From: an uncultured cyanobacterium
Lineage (GTDB): Bacteria > Cyanobacteriota > Cyanobacteriia > Cyanobacteriales > Nostocaceae
Assembly (NCBI GenBank): GCA_963740315.1
Contig: CAVUDP010000002.1
Span: 480,001 to 544,000, forward strand
Direction: 5' to 3'
DNA: 64,000 nucleotides
The notes beneath the pieces were generated by a model. That model did not search any database. It had not been told where the DNA came from and was given only the letters and a program-made list of their open reading frames with translations. Both the position numbers and the translations under genes were made by a program. Positions within the stretch are counted from its first letter, which is position 1; every line of letters starts with the position of its first letter. Of this stretch, positions 49,292 through 59,596 are shown in pieces.

Positions 49292-52200
49292 TTAATTGTC
49301 AATCCCCCCAATAACAAATGCCGCCCAATAATAAGGATGACAGTACAGCTTTTTATCGGCTTCCATTTGACTGGTTCTATATAATTGGGTTGCTAATTGC
49401 GCTTTCATTCTCAATCCTTCGGGGGGAAGTTGACTCAACAGGTTTTCGTACCATTTTGTCAGTTCTCCTGCTGTTAATTCTCTCAACCATTCGACGGCTT
49501 CTTTTAAGGCAACAACTGATGTTTTACCCGAATGCAATCGGCGATAAAATTCGATTGTTAATAAGGCGTTGGCGGTGGATTCTACTCTCCACAAGCTAGT
49601 TACTACGTGGGTAACTCCTTGACTTAATAAACCACTACTTAAACCGGCGTATTCGGTGGTAATGTTTTTTTTGTTTGTGGCAATTTCGCAGGCTGAGAGA
49701 GTAAATAAGCTGTAACGACTAAGGGGTTTTTTACAAATCTCATTTAAGGTAATTTTGTCTTCCCACGCTAATAATATTTCTGAGGTGGAAACGTTGGCGT
49801 TATCGTTTGCATAACCGTAAAAATTGAATATGTTGTAGTTTCTTACTAAAGCGTTTTCTACTTCTATTTTTGTTGCTTGCGAACCCTGAAGGCGATAGGG
49901 TTTTTCAAACATTTGACTAATTGCTAAACCTGCTAATTTCGCAGATTTGAACGGAGGATAATCTTTGGTGTCGGGATATTCGACACTCAACAATTTTGGC
50001 GAGGATTTGTTGGCGGAGGAATTTTGTTGCTGTTGATTTAATCCTATTTGTACGCTGGGTAAATAGCTGATGGTGAATTTTGAAGAAAATAATCCCTGTA
50101 GGGGAAGTCGATGTAAGTCGCGGTGAGGAATTAACACAAGGTTGTCGATCCCTTGAAGTTCCTGTTCGATGGTAGCTATACTCAGTATTTCTCTGAGTCT
50201 CGCCAGTTGCTGTTCCATATCCTTGCGCCAGGAATGATCGATTTTACCTTGTTTATCCCTGGTTTCGCTGCGATAGTCTGTATATTGACGATTCCATTCT
50301 GACAACCAATCTTCAAATTCTACTAAACGGTTTACTGCTTCGGGTAAGGGAAACTCATCCGGCGCTACATTTAGTATCGGTGTAAATACTGGAATCGGTT
50401 CGGGAGCGTTGGGCTTGATAATAAAGGTGCGTAAACTTGATGGGCTGATATGCCAGTAAATTGCGGCGGTTGTAGGATTGAGTAATTGTAAAATCGAACT
50501 GTAGTTTGGCGAGTAAATTTTATCCGTCCAACCGTACAGCAGCCAAGTTAAACAAGCATTTTTACCATGTTCGGCAATTTCTAAGCCCTGGACTATTTCA
50601 CCGTACTCGATCGCAATTTCCACCGCTAACTGTTCAAAACCAATATTTTTGAGAGTTAATTGCTTTCTGGAATCATCGCTGCGATTTGCTTGAGTTAATA
50701 ACTCTTGTAAGAAATCGGTGCTGTATTGGTGCAATTCTTGGGCTTGTGTGGTTTCTCTCAAACCAACTAGAACTTTAATGAAGTGTTGCAATACTTCTAA
50801 ATGTAGTTCGGGAAAAGCCTCGTCAGTAATCGTAACTAATGCTTGATTATATTCATCTACTGCTTGATACCAATAATCGCGGGGAGTAGAATATCTTTTA
50901 CCAATGTCGTAGTAACAATTACCGATCGCTAAATGCAGTCTACCCCAACCTTCTGGCTGTGTATTATCAGCTACATATTTTAAAGCTTCCAAATAGCTAG
51001 TTAATTTACCTTCCTCACCCCGCCCATTCAAAGCAGAATTTGTTTGAGCAACGGGACTAGATAAACTTAATTCGCGATCGAGATTTTGCGATTTTGCTGC
51101 CGCACTACCTCTACCAAGCCAAGCTTCCCAATAATCGGCTTTGATTTGTAGCGCGCGATCGTAACAAAAGATTGCTTGTTCGTATTCTTCTAAATAGAAC
51201 AGCGCGACGGCTCGATTATACCAAGCTAGGTGGAAGTTGGGTTCAATTTCTAAAGCTTTATCGTAGGATGCAACCGCTTCTTCTCTACGTCCCAAATTAT
51301 CCAAAGCTACAGCCCGGTTAAACCAAGTTAAGTAGAAATCCGGTCTAATTTTCAACGCTTCATCCCAAGACTCAATAGCTTGCGCCCATTCTACCAATTG
51401 TCCCTGGGCTACACCCCTATCAACCCAAGCATCGTGTAATAATGGTTCGATTTCCAGCGCTTTATCATAGGAATAAACTGCATCTTGATAATTTGCACTA
51501 TTAGATAGCGCCACACCCCGGTAATACCAGTTTTCTGGATCTAAGGGTTCCAACTCCAATGACTTATCGTAACTGAAGATAGCTTCATCAACGCGCCCTA
51601 ACTTCAGTAACGCCAAACCATTGCTAGACCAGGCTTCCTGGTAATTTGGTCGAATTTCAATCGCCGTATTAAAAGAAATAATTGCATCTTCTAATAATTC
51701 CAATTCACCTAAAGCTCTACCCCGGTTGTACCATCCTTTGTAAAAGTCGTTTTTAATTTCAATTGCTTTATCGTAGGAGGCGATCGCACCTTCTAAATCG
51801 CTCAAGTGAAATAGCGTCAAGCCCAGGTTAAACCAGTATTCGTGTACATCCGGCTTGATTTGTACTGCTTGTTCGTACAGTTCAACAGCAGATTCTAAAT
51901 TACCCGCTCTAGCTTGTGCAAGCCCTTGATAGTAAAGCGATAAAGCTGATTTTGCTGCTCGCTCGTTAGCAACAGCTAGCTCGTGAATAGCTTCGGATTC
52001 TTCAGTTTCCAACCCAGAAGCAAGCTGTTGAACCAAATTTGCACTTTCATCCAACCTTACCAACAAATGATCTACGGGTGTAGTTGGTTTCTCAAATATT
52101 TCGGTTTCTGGTTCCACAAATATTTGTGTTTCTGGTTCCTCTTCTACTTCCTCTGCTAAATCCAATAAAGCATTAAAGGTTTCTAATGATTCATCATCAA

Positions 52201-53380
52201 CCGATTCTTCAATTGGTACAAAAGTTGTATCTATAGGTTCCGAATCTTCAACAATTTGAGTTGGCGCAAGAATTGTATCTTCGGAATTGCGATCGGGATA
52301 ATCCCATACTAAATCGCTTAAATCATTAATAAACTCTTGTTCCGATGCATTAGAATCATTTTCTTCGACTTGTGGTGTTTCCTCTAACCATGATAATTCT
52401 CCTAAATTACGTACCAAATCTTGAGCGGGAGTAATTTGTTCTTCTATATCGGATTCTTCAACTGAAGAGTAAGTATTAATATTCTCAGGTGTTAGTACTG
52501 TTTCTTCTAATTCTTCTAACTCTTCTTCCGACTCAAATACCTGCTCGTATATATTGGATAAATCTTCTTCTAACGCGGAAGGTTGATTCGTATTAGAAGG
52601 CGCTATTACTGTTTCTTCTAATTCTTCCTCGTACTCAAATACTTCTTCGTATAAAGCATCAGGAAACTCAGATAAAGATGCGAATGTACTGTTATTTAGA
52701 GGGGCAATTGCTTCTGATTGAGGTTCGTAATCTTCCCATAATAATTCGCCAAATTCTTTGAGTAACTCTTGCCCCGGAGAATCGGTTAAAGAGTCTGGTA
52801 CATCAAATTCACCATCTGTGGCAATTGATTCAATTATCGGTTCCCTTGGTTGGAAATTAAATTCCTCATCAGCATTCGTTGGGGCTGGTTCAATTCTTAG
52901 TTGTTCCGATATTGATGCAGGAGCTAACCCCTCACTAGCTGTAGATATCGGAATCGAATACATTGGTTGCTGCTTGGAATTGCGCGTCAACAACTGCACC
53001 CCAATATCGTAAGCAACATCTCCTATTTGCCCAATTTCGAGTTCCCCCAACTCCACCATTCTCGAAGCTAACTCGTAATTTGGTGCCGATGAAGCTAATA
53101 ATTTATTACCAAAGTGCTGCAACCACTCCAACCAACGTTGTTGAGAAACGCGATGTTCGATATTTTGCAGCCACCTTTGTGCCCAATGTTGTCCTCGCGC
53201 TTGACGTACCCCTTCTAGAAGTTGGGTAAACAAAAATTCCAGATCCGAATTCGTCAGTTCTGGTAACGCCTTAACCGCCTGCATCTCCTTCTCTCTTGTC
53301 GAAGGAGTCCGCCTGGTAACAAAAACCTGTTGAATAAACTTGATGAGCCTCTGCACTAGCCGCCTGAGCATCTGCTGCAT
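49292..53380 (-). CDS. Large protein: uncharacterised N-terminal domain, acidic linker, TPR array, C-terminal CHAT (caspase-like) domain
   Basis: Several TPRs (WYNRG...YDKA); CHAT motifs LIPHRDLHRLP, LSACE, SLWRVE, HPYYWAAF. Confidence 0.9.
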   Translation of the reverse strand: MQQMLRRLVQRLIKFIQQVFVTRRTPSTREKEMQAVKALPELTNSDLEFLFTQLLEGVRQARGQHWAQRWLQNIEHRVSQQRWLEWLQHFGNKLLASSAPNYELASRMVELGELEIGQIGDVAYDIGVQLLTRNSKQQPMYSIPISTASEGLAPASISEQLRIEPAPTNADEEFNFQPREPIIESIATDGEFDVPDSLTDSPGQELLKEFGELLWEDYEPQSEAIAPLNNSTFASLSEFPDALYEEVFEYEEELEETVIAPSNTNQPSALEEDLSNIYEQVFESEEELEELEETVLTPENINTYSSVEESDIEEQITPAQDLVRNLGELSWLEETPQVEENDSNASEQEFINDLSDLVWDYPDRNSEDTILAPTQIVEDSEPIDTTFVPIEESVDDESLETFNALLDLAEEVEEEPETQIFVEPETEIFEKPTTPVDHLLVRLDESANLVQQLASGLETEESEAIHELAVANERAAKSALSLYYQGLAQARAGNLESAVELYEQAVQIKPDVHEYWFNLGLTLFHLSDLEGAIASYDKAIEIKNDFYKGWYNRGRALGELELLEDAIISFNTAIEIRPNYQEAWSSNGLALLKLGRVDEAIFSYDKSLELEPLDPENWYYRGVALSNSANYQDAVYSYDKALEIEPLLHDAWVDRGVAQGQLVEWAQAIESWDEALKIRPDFYLTWFNRAVALDNLGRREEAVASYDKALEIEPNFHLAWYNRAVALFYLEEYEQAIFCYDRALQIKADYWEAWLGRGSAAAKSQNLDRELSLSSPVAQTNSALNGRGEEGKLTSYLEALKYVADNTQPEGWGRLHLAIGNCYYDIGKRYSTPRDYWYQAVDEYNQALVTITDEAFPELHLEVLQHFIKVLVGLRETTQAQELHQYSTDFLQELLTQANRSDDSRKQLTLKNIGFEQLAVEIAIEYGEIVQGLEIAEHGKNACLTWLLYGWTDKIYSPNYSSILQLLNPTTAAIYWHISPSSLRTFIIKPNAPEPIPVFTPILNVAPDEFPLPEAVNRLVEFEDWLSEWNRQYTDYRSETRDKQGKIDHSWRKDMEQQLARLREILSIATIEQELQGIDNLVLIPHRDLHRLPLQGLFSSKFTISYLPSVQIGLNQQQQNSSANKSSPKLLSVEYPDTKDYPPFKSAKLAGLAISQMFEKPYRLQGSQATKIEVENALVRNYNIFNFYGYANDNANVSTSEILLAWEDKITLNEICKKPLSRYSLFTLSACEIATNKKNITTEYAGLSSGLLSQGVTHVVTSLWRVESTANALLTIEFYRRLHSGKTSVVALKEAVEWLRELTAGELTKWYENLLSQLPPEGLRMKAQLATQLYRTSQMEADKKLYCHPYYWAAFVIGGIDN

Positions 53381-53773
53381 TATAAAATGTAGTTCACATA
53401 GATTTTAACGAGCGTAGTGTAAAAAAAATAATTAATTACGTAACAGACTACCAAAGTATGTGAACTTTTCTACAAACGCAGCCTAATTACGCCCGTCTCA
53501 AGTCAGCATTACAACAAACGAACGCTGATTTTTAGGAACACTCGGTAAAATTTAAACTCGTGGAATTAGAAGTAACATTGTCACTTCTGAGATAACTTAA
53601 CAAAATTTTCTGAAAATAGCTTGCTAGACAAAATACGCTTTGTCAACAAAATAAAGTTATTCAACAATGCCGGATATTTGAAGCACAATATTGACAAATA
53701 ACGCCATTATTTACATTGCATATTAGAGTAAAAAAGTCAAACTAGGATTTGAATAATATTCTTTTTGCGCTTA

Positions 53774-54439
53774 TTATCCAGCAGTATGGTACTGATTAAC
53801 TAATGTTTGGATAATAACTTCTGGATCGTCTGTTTCAATTCCTAATTGTTCGGCAATTTGTGCCCTTAAATTAACATCCTCTTGGATTAAGTCCATTAAC
53901 TCTTCGAGAGTAATAGTTTGATATTCTCCTTCTGTATCGCTTAGTGCCTGTTCTGTTTGCTGTTGTTGAAAATCTTCTTCAGGTAAACTAGGTTTTATTG
54001 CAGCATCCGGACCTTGATATTCCCATATAGGTTCGGCTTGGTTGCGCGTTAACAATCGCATCCCGATATCGTAGGCAACAGTGGAAATTTCGCCAACTCC
54101 TAATTCTCCCAACTGTACCAGTCGCGAAGCCAATTCATTATTTGGTGTTGGTGCAGCCAATAACTTCTCGCCGAATCGTTTTAACCATTCCACCCAACGC
54201 TCTTGGGGAACCCGGTGTTCAATATTTTGCAACCATTTCTGTGCCCAAGCTTGCCCGCGTGCTTGATGAACTCCTTCCAAAAGTTCCGCAAACAAAAACT
54301 CCAAATCGGTATCGCTTAGAGGTGGAGGCGGTGACGAAGGAGAAGAATGAGGAGAACTATATTTTTTTACAGAATGCTGCTTAGTACCAAATAACCTTTG
54401 AAAAAACCTTTTAAACCATTGAACCAGCCGTTTTAGCAT
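53774..54439 (-). CDS. Hypothetical protein paralogous to the N-terminal domain of the downstream TPR-CHAT protein
   Basis: DLEFLFAELLEGVHQARGQAWAQKWLQNIEHRV nearly matches the TPR-CHAT N-terminus. Confidence 0.85.
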   Translation of the reverse strand: MLKRLVQWFKRFFQRLFGTKQHSVKKYSSPHSSPSSPPPPLSDTDLEFLFAELLEGVHQARGQAWAQKWLQNIEHRVPQERWVEWLKRFGEKLLAAPTPNNELASRLVQLGELGVGEISTVAYDIGMRLLTRNQAEPIWEYQGPDAAIKPSLPEEDFQQQQTEQALSDTEGEYQTITLEELMDLIQEDVNLRAQIAEQLGIETDDPEVIIQTLVNQYHTAG

Positions 54440-54537
54440 ATCGGCACCCACCACTGTGTTAATTACCCTAAGATTGTAGCTACTACTAAAGCATTTTCTC
54501 TAAGTATGTGTTTTTTTTAAGATATAAATTTTACTTT

Positions 54538-54752
54538 TAAAGGTCAAAGGTTAAAGGTCAAAGGTCAAAGGTTACAGGTTACAGGTCAAAGGTCAAAGGT
54601 TAAAGGTCAAAGGTTAAAGGTTAAAGGTTAAAGGTTACAGGTTACAGGTTAAAGGTTAAAGGTTAAAGGTTAAAATTGTTTTTATCCCCTTGTCTCCCCA
54701 TCCCCTTGTCTCCCCATCTCCTTGTCTCCCCATCTCCTTGTCCCCCCCCATC
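54538..54752. repeat. STRR arrays (AAGGTTA/AAGGTCA/CAGGTTA; CCCCTTGTCT)
   Basis: Tandem heptamers and related units. Confidence 0.92.
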
Positions 54753-54837
54753 TTCCCACGCCCAATCTTCATTAAAATTACAGATTAAGAATTAAAATAG
54801 TTTAACCCCTTATAGGGACCTTGAAAGCGCCGTTTCC

Positions 54838-56181
54838 ATGTCTTACGAACCACTGCACCATAAGTATCGCCCGAAGACTTTTGCCGAATTAGTTGGACAA
54901 GAGGCGATCGCGACTACTCTTACTAATGCAATTAATACTCTTAAAATTGCTCCAGCTTATTTATTTACTGGTCCGCGGGGAACGGGTAAAACTTCTAGCG
55001 CCCGCATTTTGGCGAAATCCCTCAACTGTCTTAACAGCGATAAACCTACGCCGCAACCCTGCGGAAAATGTGACACTTGTCAAGGAATTAGTAAAGGTGC
55101 CACTTTAGATGTAATTGAAATTGACGCTGCTAGCAATACGGGTGTTGATAATATTCGGGAACTGATCGAAAGAGCGCAATTTGCTCCGGTTCAATGCCGC
55201 TATAAGGTTTATGTAATCGATGAATGCCATATGCTCAGTAATCAGGCGTTTAATGCACTACTAAAAACCCTAGAAGAACCACCGAGGCACGTTGTCTTTG
55301 TTCTAGCGACAACAGACCCGCAAAGAGTGTTAGCAACAATTATTTCGCGCTGTCAAAGGTTTGATTTTAGACGCATTCCAATAGATGCGATGGTGCAGCA
55401 TTTAACTCACATCGCTGCCAATGAAAATATTAATATCGTCAAAGAAGCCGTTACCTTGGTTGCTCAAGTTGCTCAAGGAGGATTGCGAGACGCTGAAAGT
55501 CTTCTCGACCAGTTGGGTTTATTATCGGGGGAAGTAACGCCTGAAAAAGTTTGGGATTTAGTTGGTTCGGTAAGCGAACAGGATTTATTAAACTTATTAA
55601 AAGCGATAGTCTCCGACGACTCCGAAGCAGTAATAGAGTCTACCCGCTTTATATTAGACCGTGGTAGAGAACCTTTAATTATTCTCCAAAATTTTGCTTC
55701 ATTTTACCGCGATTTACTTATTGCCAAAACTGCACCACTACGCAATGATTTGGTTGCATGTACTCAAGGTATGTGGTCCATACTTATAGATGTCGCTCAA
55801 AATTTAGAAATAAGTACGATTTTGCACGCACAGCAGCATTTACGTACCTCCGAAGTGCAAATCAAAAACACCACTCAACCGCGTTTGTGGCTCGAAGTAA
55901 CCTTACTCGGATTATTACCATCAGCAACTACCATTCAACCACCAGCTATTAGCGATCGGCACTTACCTAAATTCAACTCAAACCCACCTCAAACAAACGA
56001 TCGCCCTACTACCACACCCCCCGTACAGCAAACGCCCGCTTCCAACAACACCGTACCCAAACAAACAGAAAACGGAACAAAAACGCAACAACCAGCAACT
56101 TCTACCTCTACCCCCTCTACCCCCTCTAATTCTTCTCCCCCTCCTCCCCACCACCACAAACACCTCCACAAACCAACCTAA
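54838..56181 (+). CDS. dnaX: DNA polymerase III gamma/tau subunit, N-terminal AAA+ part; ends at a frameshift
   Basis: HHKYRPKTF, GPRGTGKTS, Zn-binding cysteines, IDECHML, LLKTLEEPP, SRCQRFDF. Confidence 0.96.
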   Translation: MSYEPLHHKYRPKTFAELVGQEAIATTLTNAINTLKIAPAYLFTGPRGTGKTSSARILAKSLNCLNSDKPTPQPCGKCDTCQGISKGATLDVIEIDAASNTGVDNIRELIERAQFAPVQCRYKVYVIDECHMLSNQAFNALLKTLEEPPRHVVFVLATTDPQRVLATIISRCQRFDFRRIPIDAMVQHLTHIAANENINIVKEAVTLVAQVAQGGLRDAESLLDQLGLLSGEVTPEKVWDLVGSVSEQDLLNLLKAIVSDDSEAVIESTRFILDRGREPLIILQNFASFYRDLLIAKTAPLRNDLVACTQGMWSILIDVAQNLEISTILHAQQHLRTSEVQIKNTTQPRLWLEVTLLGLLPSATTIQPPAISDRHLPKFNSNPPQTNDRPTTTPPVQQTPASNNTVPKQTENGTKTQQPATSTSTPSTPSNSSPPPPHHHKHLHKPT

Positions 56182-56792
56182 ATCAAGTCTGGCAACAGGT
56201 ACTTACCAATCTTTTACCAGTTTCCCGAAGGGAACTACTGCGTCAAATGTGCCATATTCTGGAGTTTGACGGTTCTGTAGCTCGCGTTGCTGTCAAAGAA
56301 GCATGGTATAAGAAAGTTAAAGAAGAGGTATCTAACATTACAACGGCATTTCAAGTAACTTTTAATCGTGAAATCCAAGTAAATTTAGAAATAGCCAACG
56401 CAGTTTCACCAGCATCAACTGCTGGAGCAACAAAGGTACAGCAACCCCCCGTTGTACCTACACAAACACCACCACAGACACCACCACAAACACCACCACA
56501 ACCCGCGCCTTCACCTTCACCAAAACCCACTCCAGAAACACCTCAACCAACCCCCACAACTCAACCACCAGCAGCAAAAAATGCCGCACCTCCCCCGCAA
56601 GCAGCCCCAACACCACCTCAAACAACACCTACAGTAGAAGATCCAGAAGCAGATCGTGTAATGTACGCAGCACAGCGTTTAGCAGATGCATTAGACGGAG
56701 AGATTATTCAAAGCGAAGAAAATACAGAAATATCCGACGAACCTATTGATTCATCGGAATTAGAAGAAATTGAAGATGATGTTGACTTTTAA
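56130..56792 (+). CDS. dnaX: C-terminal tau domain of DnaX in the -1 frame
   Basis: Frame open from 56130: PPPQTPPQTNLNQVWQQVL...RELLRQMCHILEFDG...AAQRLADALDGEII. Confidence 0.8.
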   Translation, partial: FFSPSSPPPQTPPQTNLNQVWQQVLTNLLPVSRRELLRQMCHILEFDGSVARVAVKEAWYKKVKEEVSNITTAFQVTFNREIQVNLEIANAVSPASTAGATKVQQPPVVPTQTPPQTPPQTPPQPAPSPSPKPTPETPQPTPTTQPPAAKNAAPPPQAAPTPPQTTPTVEDPEADRVMYAAQRLADALDGEIIQSEENTEISDEPIDSSELEEIEDDVDF

Positions 56793-56795
56793 AAG

Positions 56796-57004
56796 TTGGG
56801 AATTGGGGATGGGGCATTGGGCATGGGCATTGGGAATTGGGGTAGAGGGGGTAGAGGGGGTAGAGGGGGTAGAGGGGGTAGTTAATAGCGAGCAAGATGC
56901 TCGCACTACTCCGGTGGGTTTATCTCCTTGTCTCCCCATCACCCCATCACCCCATCTCCCCATCACCCCATCTCCCCATCTCCCCATCTCCCCATCTCCT
57001 TGTC
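56796..57004. repeat. Composite STRR/hairpin cassette, inverted copy of the 21764-22016 cassette
   Basis: GGGGTAGAG STRR + GCGAGCAAGATGCTCGCACTACTCCGG + CCCCATC STRR. Confidence 0.9.
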
Positions 57005-58411
57005 CTAATTACTTCCTTGCCGGGAGGTTTTCACCCACTTTAAACGCTTGGGACGTATTGACATTCGGGCAGTGGTGCTGCTTATCACTATTATCCAGTG
57101 GAACATATATAAAATGCCCCGCAGGCTTTGTAACAGCAATAAAAAGTAGGTGTAGGTTCTCAAGCCTTTATTTTTATGTATCCGCTTCAGACCGGCAAAC
57201 ATTCCTAAGAATGATATTGTTACTGTCATTCCGGTTAATGGACTTAAAATGGGAAGACGATGACGTGCGATCGCCATTAATAAGTCTGGTATTGCTGCGG
57301 TTGGAATGATGTACTGAATCAGCACGAAGTTAGTTAGCACTTCAAAGGTTTTCCACGTACCCATGCGGTTACGAAGAATTAAATCCCAGTAGTCCAAATA
57401 ACGCTGATATCCACCTTCTGCCCAACGGTTACGCTGATGCCAAAGAGAAATTGCCGAGATTACGCCTTCTTCTTTAACTACCGGGTAAAATACGCATTCA
57501 ATATCCCACTTATCTAAATGGAGGCGGAGTGTCAAGTCCAAATCGTCGGTAATAGTTTCTTCATTCCATCCGCCACAACTGTATAAAGCTGTACGCCGCA
57601 CAAATTGACCGTTACCGCGTAATTCCCCTATTCCTCCTCTGAAACTTCGTCCTTGTTGAAAAAAGGTATCAACAGCCATTTCTGCCATTTGACCTTTTGT
57701 CCAAACATTTGTCGAAGCGTTGGCGATTTCTTTTCGCAACTGTACCGCTCCAACAGTATCTCGTTGAAACAAAGGTATGGTTCGCAATAAAATATCTGAC
57801 GAAACTTGAGCATCAGCATCAAAGACGGCAACAACTTCACCTTTCGTCAGTGGTAGCACTTGGTTTAATGCTCCTGACTTACCACCGCCCGCTCCAGGCT
57901 CTCGCTGGAATACTTTTAACTTTTCATATTTCGAGGCTAGTTCGCATAGCAATTCCGGTGTTTTGTCGCTGCTGTTATCGTCAACTATCCAGACTTCATA
58001 CCCTCCCAAGGGGTACTCCAGATTGCAAAGGTTATTTACTAAATTGCTAATGACTAATTCTTCATTTTTCGCTGCAACTAATAAAGATACAAAAGGATAA
58101 TCCCCTTCCATCTCTCTACTTATACTGCTCGGCTTGGCAAACACAATTACCAAAGAGTGAAGCCCGACAACGGTAGCCAACCCTAATACAAATAAAGAAC
58201 CCCAAGAAACTAAGTGTAAAGCTATAGTACTGCTCCAAACCATCGTTAAAACTAGAGCAGCTTTACGCCTACGATTTTGGAACCGAGAAGGAACAGTCAA
58301 TTCTGACGATTCTTGTTCTTCTAGCGATCTCCGAGCCGATATATCAGCAAACATCGAGTTCAGGGGGTCAAGTTCGTTATAATCTTTGTCGGGCCAGGAA
58401 TTCGCTGGCAT
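57005..58411 (-). CDS. mgdA: GT2 glycosyltransferase, beta-monoglucosyldiacylglycerol synthase
   Basis: MPANSWP start, VAAKNEE, FDAD, ELRGNGQF, TDDLDL, QRNRWAEGGYQRYLDY. Confidence 0.9.
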   Translation of the reverse strand: MPANSWPDKDYNELDPLNSMFADISARRSLEEQESSELTVPSRFQNRRRKAALVLTMVWSSTIALHLVSWGSLFVLGLATVVGLHSLVIVFAKPSSISREMEGDYPFVSLLVAAKNEELVISNLVNNLCNLEYPLGGYEVWIVDDNSSDKTPELLCELASKYEKLKVFQREPGAGGGKSGALNQVLPLTKGEVVAVFDADAQVSSDILLRTIPLFQRDTVGAVQLRKEIANASTNVWTKGQMAEMAVDTFFQQGRSFRGGIGELRGNGQFVRRTALYSCGGWNEETITDDLDLTLRLHLDKWDIECVFYPVVKEEGVISAISLWHQRNRWAEGGYQRYLDYWDLILRNRMGTWKTFEVLTNFVLIQYIIPTAAIPDLLMAIARHRLPILSPLTGMTVTISFLGMFAGLKRIHKNKGLRTYTYFLLLLQSLRGILYMFHWIIVISSTTARMSIRPKRLKWVKTSRQGSN

Positions 58412-58902
58412 AGTTTAATTTATTTAATTACCAGTAATTTTATACAACAATGCTATGAAGCTAGTTTTGGATAAAACTAAACAAAACTAACATAAAGGGA
58501 GCTTCGTCCGCTTACTCTGAGATTAGTTTTACTCCAGCTTCACACAAATCAGTGCAGCCTTATTGTAACCGACATTTTCACATTTCTTTGCATAAGCCTC
58601 AACAGTTATTAAGTTAGCAGTTAGCACCACCGGACCACCGGACCACCGGAGTGAGGAAAGCGGAGGGAGCGGAGGGAGCGGAGGAAGCGGAGGAAGAAAA
58701 TAGAAAATAAATAATTAATTGCTTCCCCTGCCTCAAGAGCCTCAAGAGCCTCCTCTGCTCTCTTCTCCCCCCTCTTCCCCCTCCCCCCAATCCCTCTCTC
58801 TTCATTCCAATAAAAGTGAGTGTAGATTTTACAAAAAAGTTGGGAACACTATGTATATCTACCAAGATTGCAAATTATCAAATAACTCAAGGAATATATT
58901 GT

Positions 58903-59280
58903 ATGTCAGCATTTGAGCAACTATCTCCTGCTACTCCTCAACAAGCGAGCGTGTACTTGCCTTACATTCAAAGTGGTAAGCGGAATTTTTTACCTTATGC
59001 TATTGGTCTTTACCAAAAAGGGGTTTTAGAGGGACAGCGTAAAATAGAAAGCAGCGAAAGCATTCCTTTTATCGCTACTTGGAATATTGCGACTTTACCT
59101 TCGGACTTAACCCGTTGCCGAATGCAGTTTGATGGAAACGCCGAACTGAGTTATGAAGTAATGTTGGCAAGTTTCGAGTTTATAAATTTTTTAATAGAAA
59201 TACTGGAAAACTATAAGCGCCAACGTATGACTGATTTCTCTCAACCGTTTTACCGTAAGCTGTTGCGTCTGGAAGAATAA
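58903..59280 (+). CDS. ebsA: Type IV pilus/secretion-associated protein EbsA
   Basis: VYLPYIQSGKRNFLPYAIGLYQKG, DLTRCRMQFDGNAELSYE, DFSQPFYRKLL; ATG at 58903. Confidence 0.85.
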   Translation: MSAFEQLSPATPQQASVYLPYIQSGKRNFLPYAIGLYQKGVLEGQRKIESSESIPFIATWNIATLPSDLTRCRMQFDGNAELSYEVMLASFEFINFLIEILENYKRQRMTDFSQPFYRKLLRLEE

Positions 59281-59596
59281 TCAAGCGATAACTGCTTTTT
59301 AACAGAACCTATTAAAAGCAACCAACTCCGGGGGGAAAAGAGTTTTATCCTTTTTCCCTTAAGGGCTTCCGGATGAATAGTTCTCAACCGTTGGCTCTAA
59401 ACTCTAATAATTAACTAATAATTGATAAATAACTCCCTTGAAGTAAGTTCGACCTAAAATTAGGAAACGCCCAAACAGTTTTTTTAGGCTATTAGTAATC
59501 TGTTCAACTCTCCCTCATTAGCGATTATTGACTAATGGTTGAGATCCAAAGCACTTAAGATGAAAGTTTTATACCGTTTAAATTAGGAGTGCGTGC

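Noticed and set aside
55200..55260. Intein in DnaX, as found in some cyanobacteria
   Set aside because: IDECHMLS is contiguous, with no insertion
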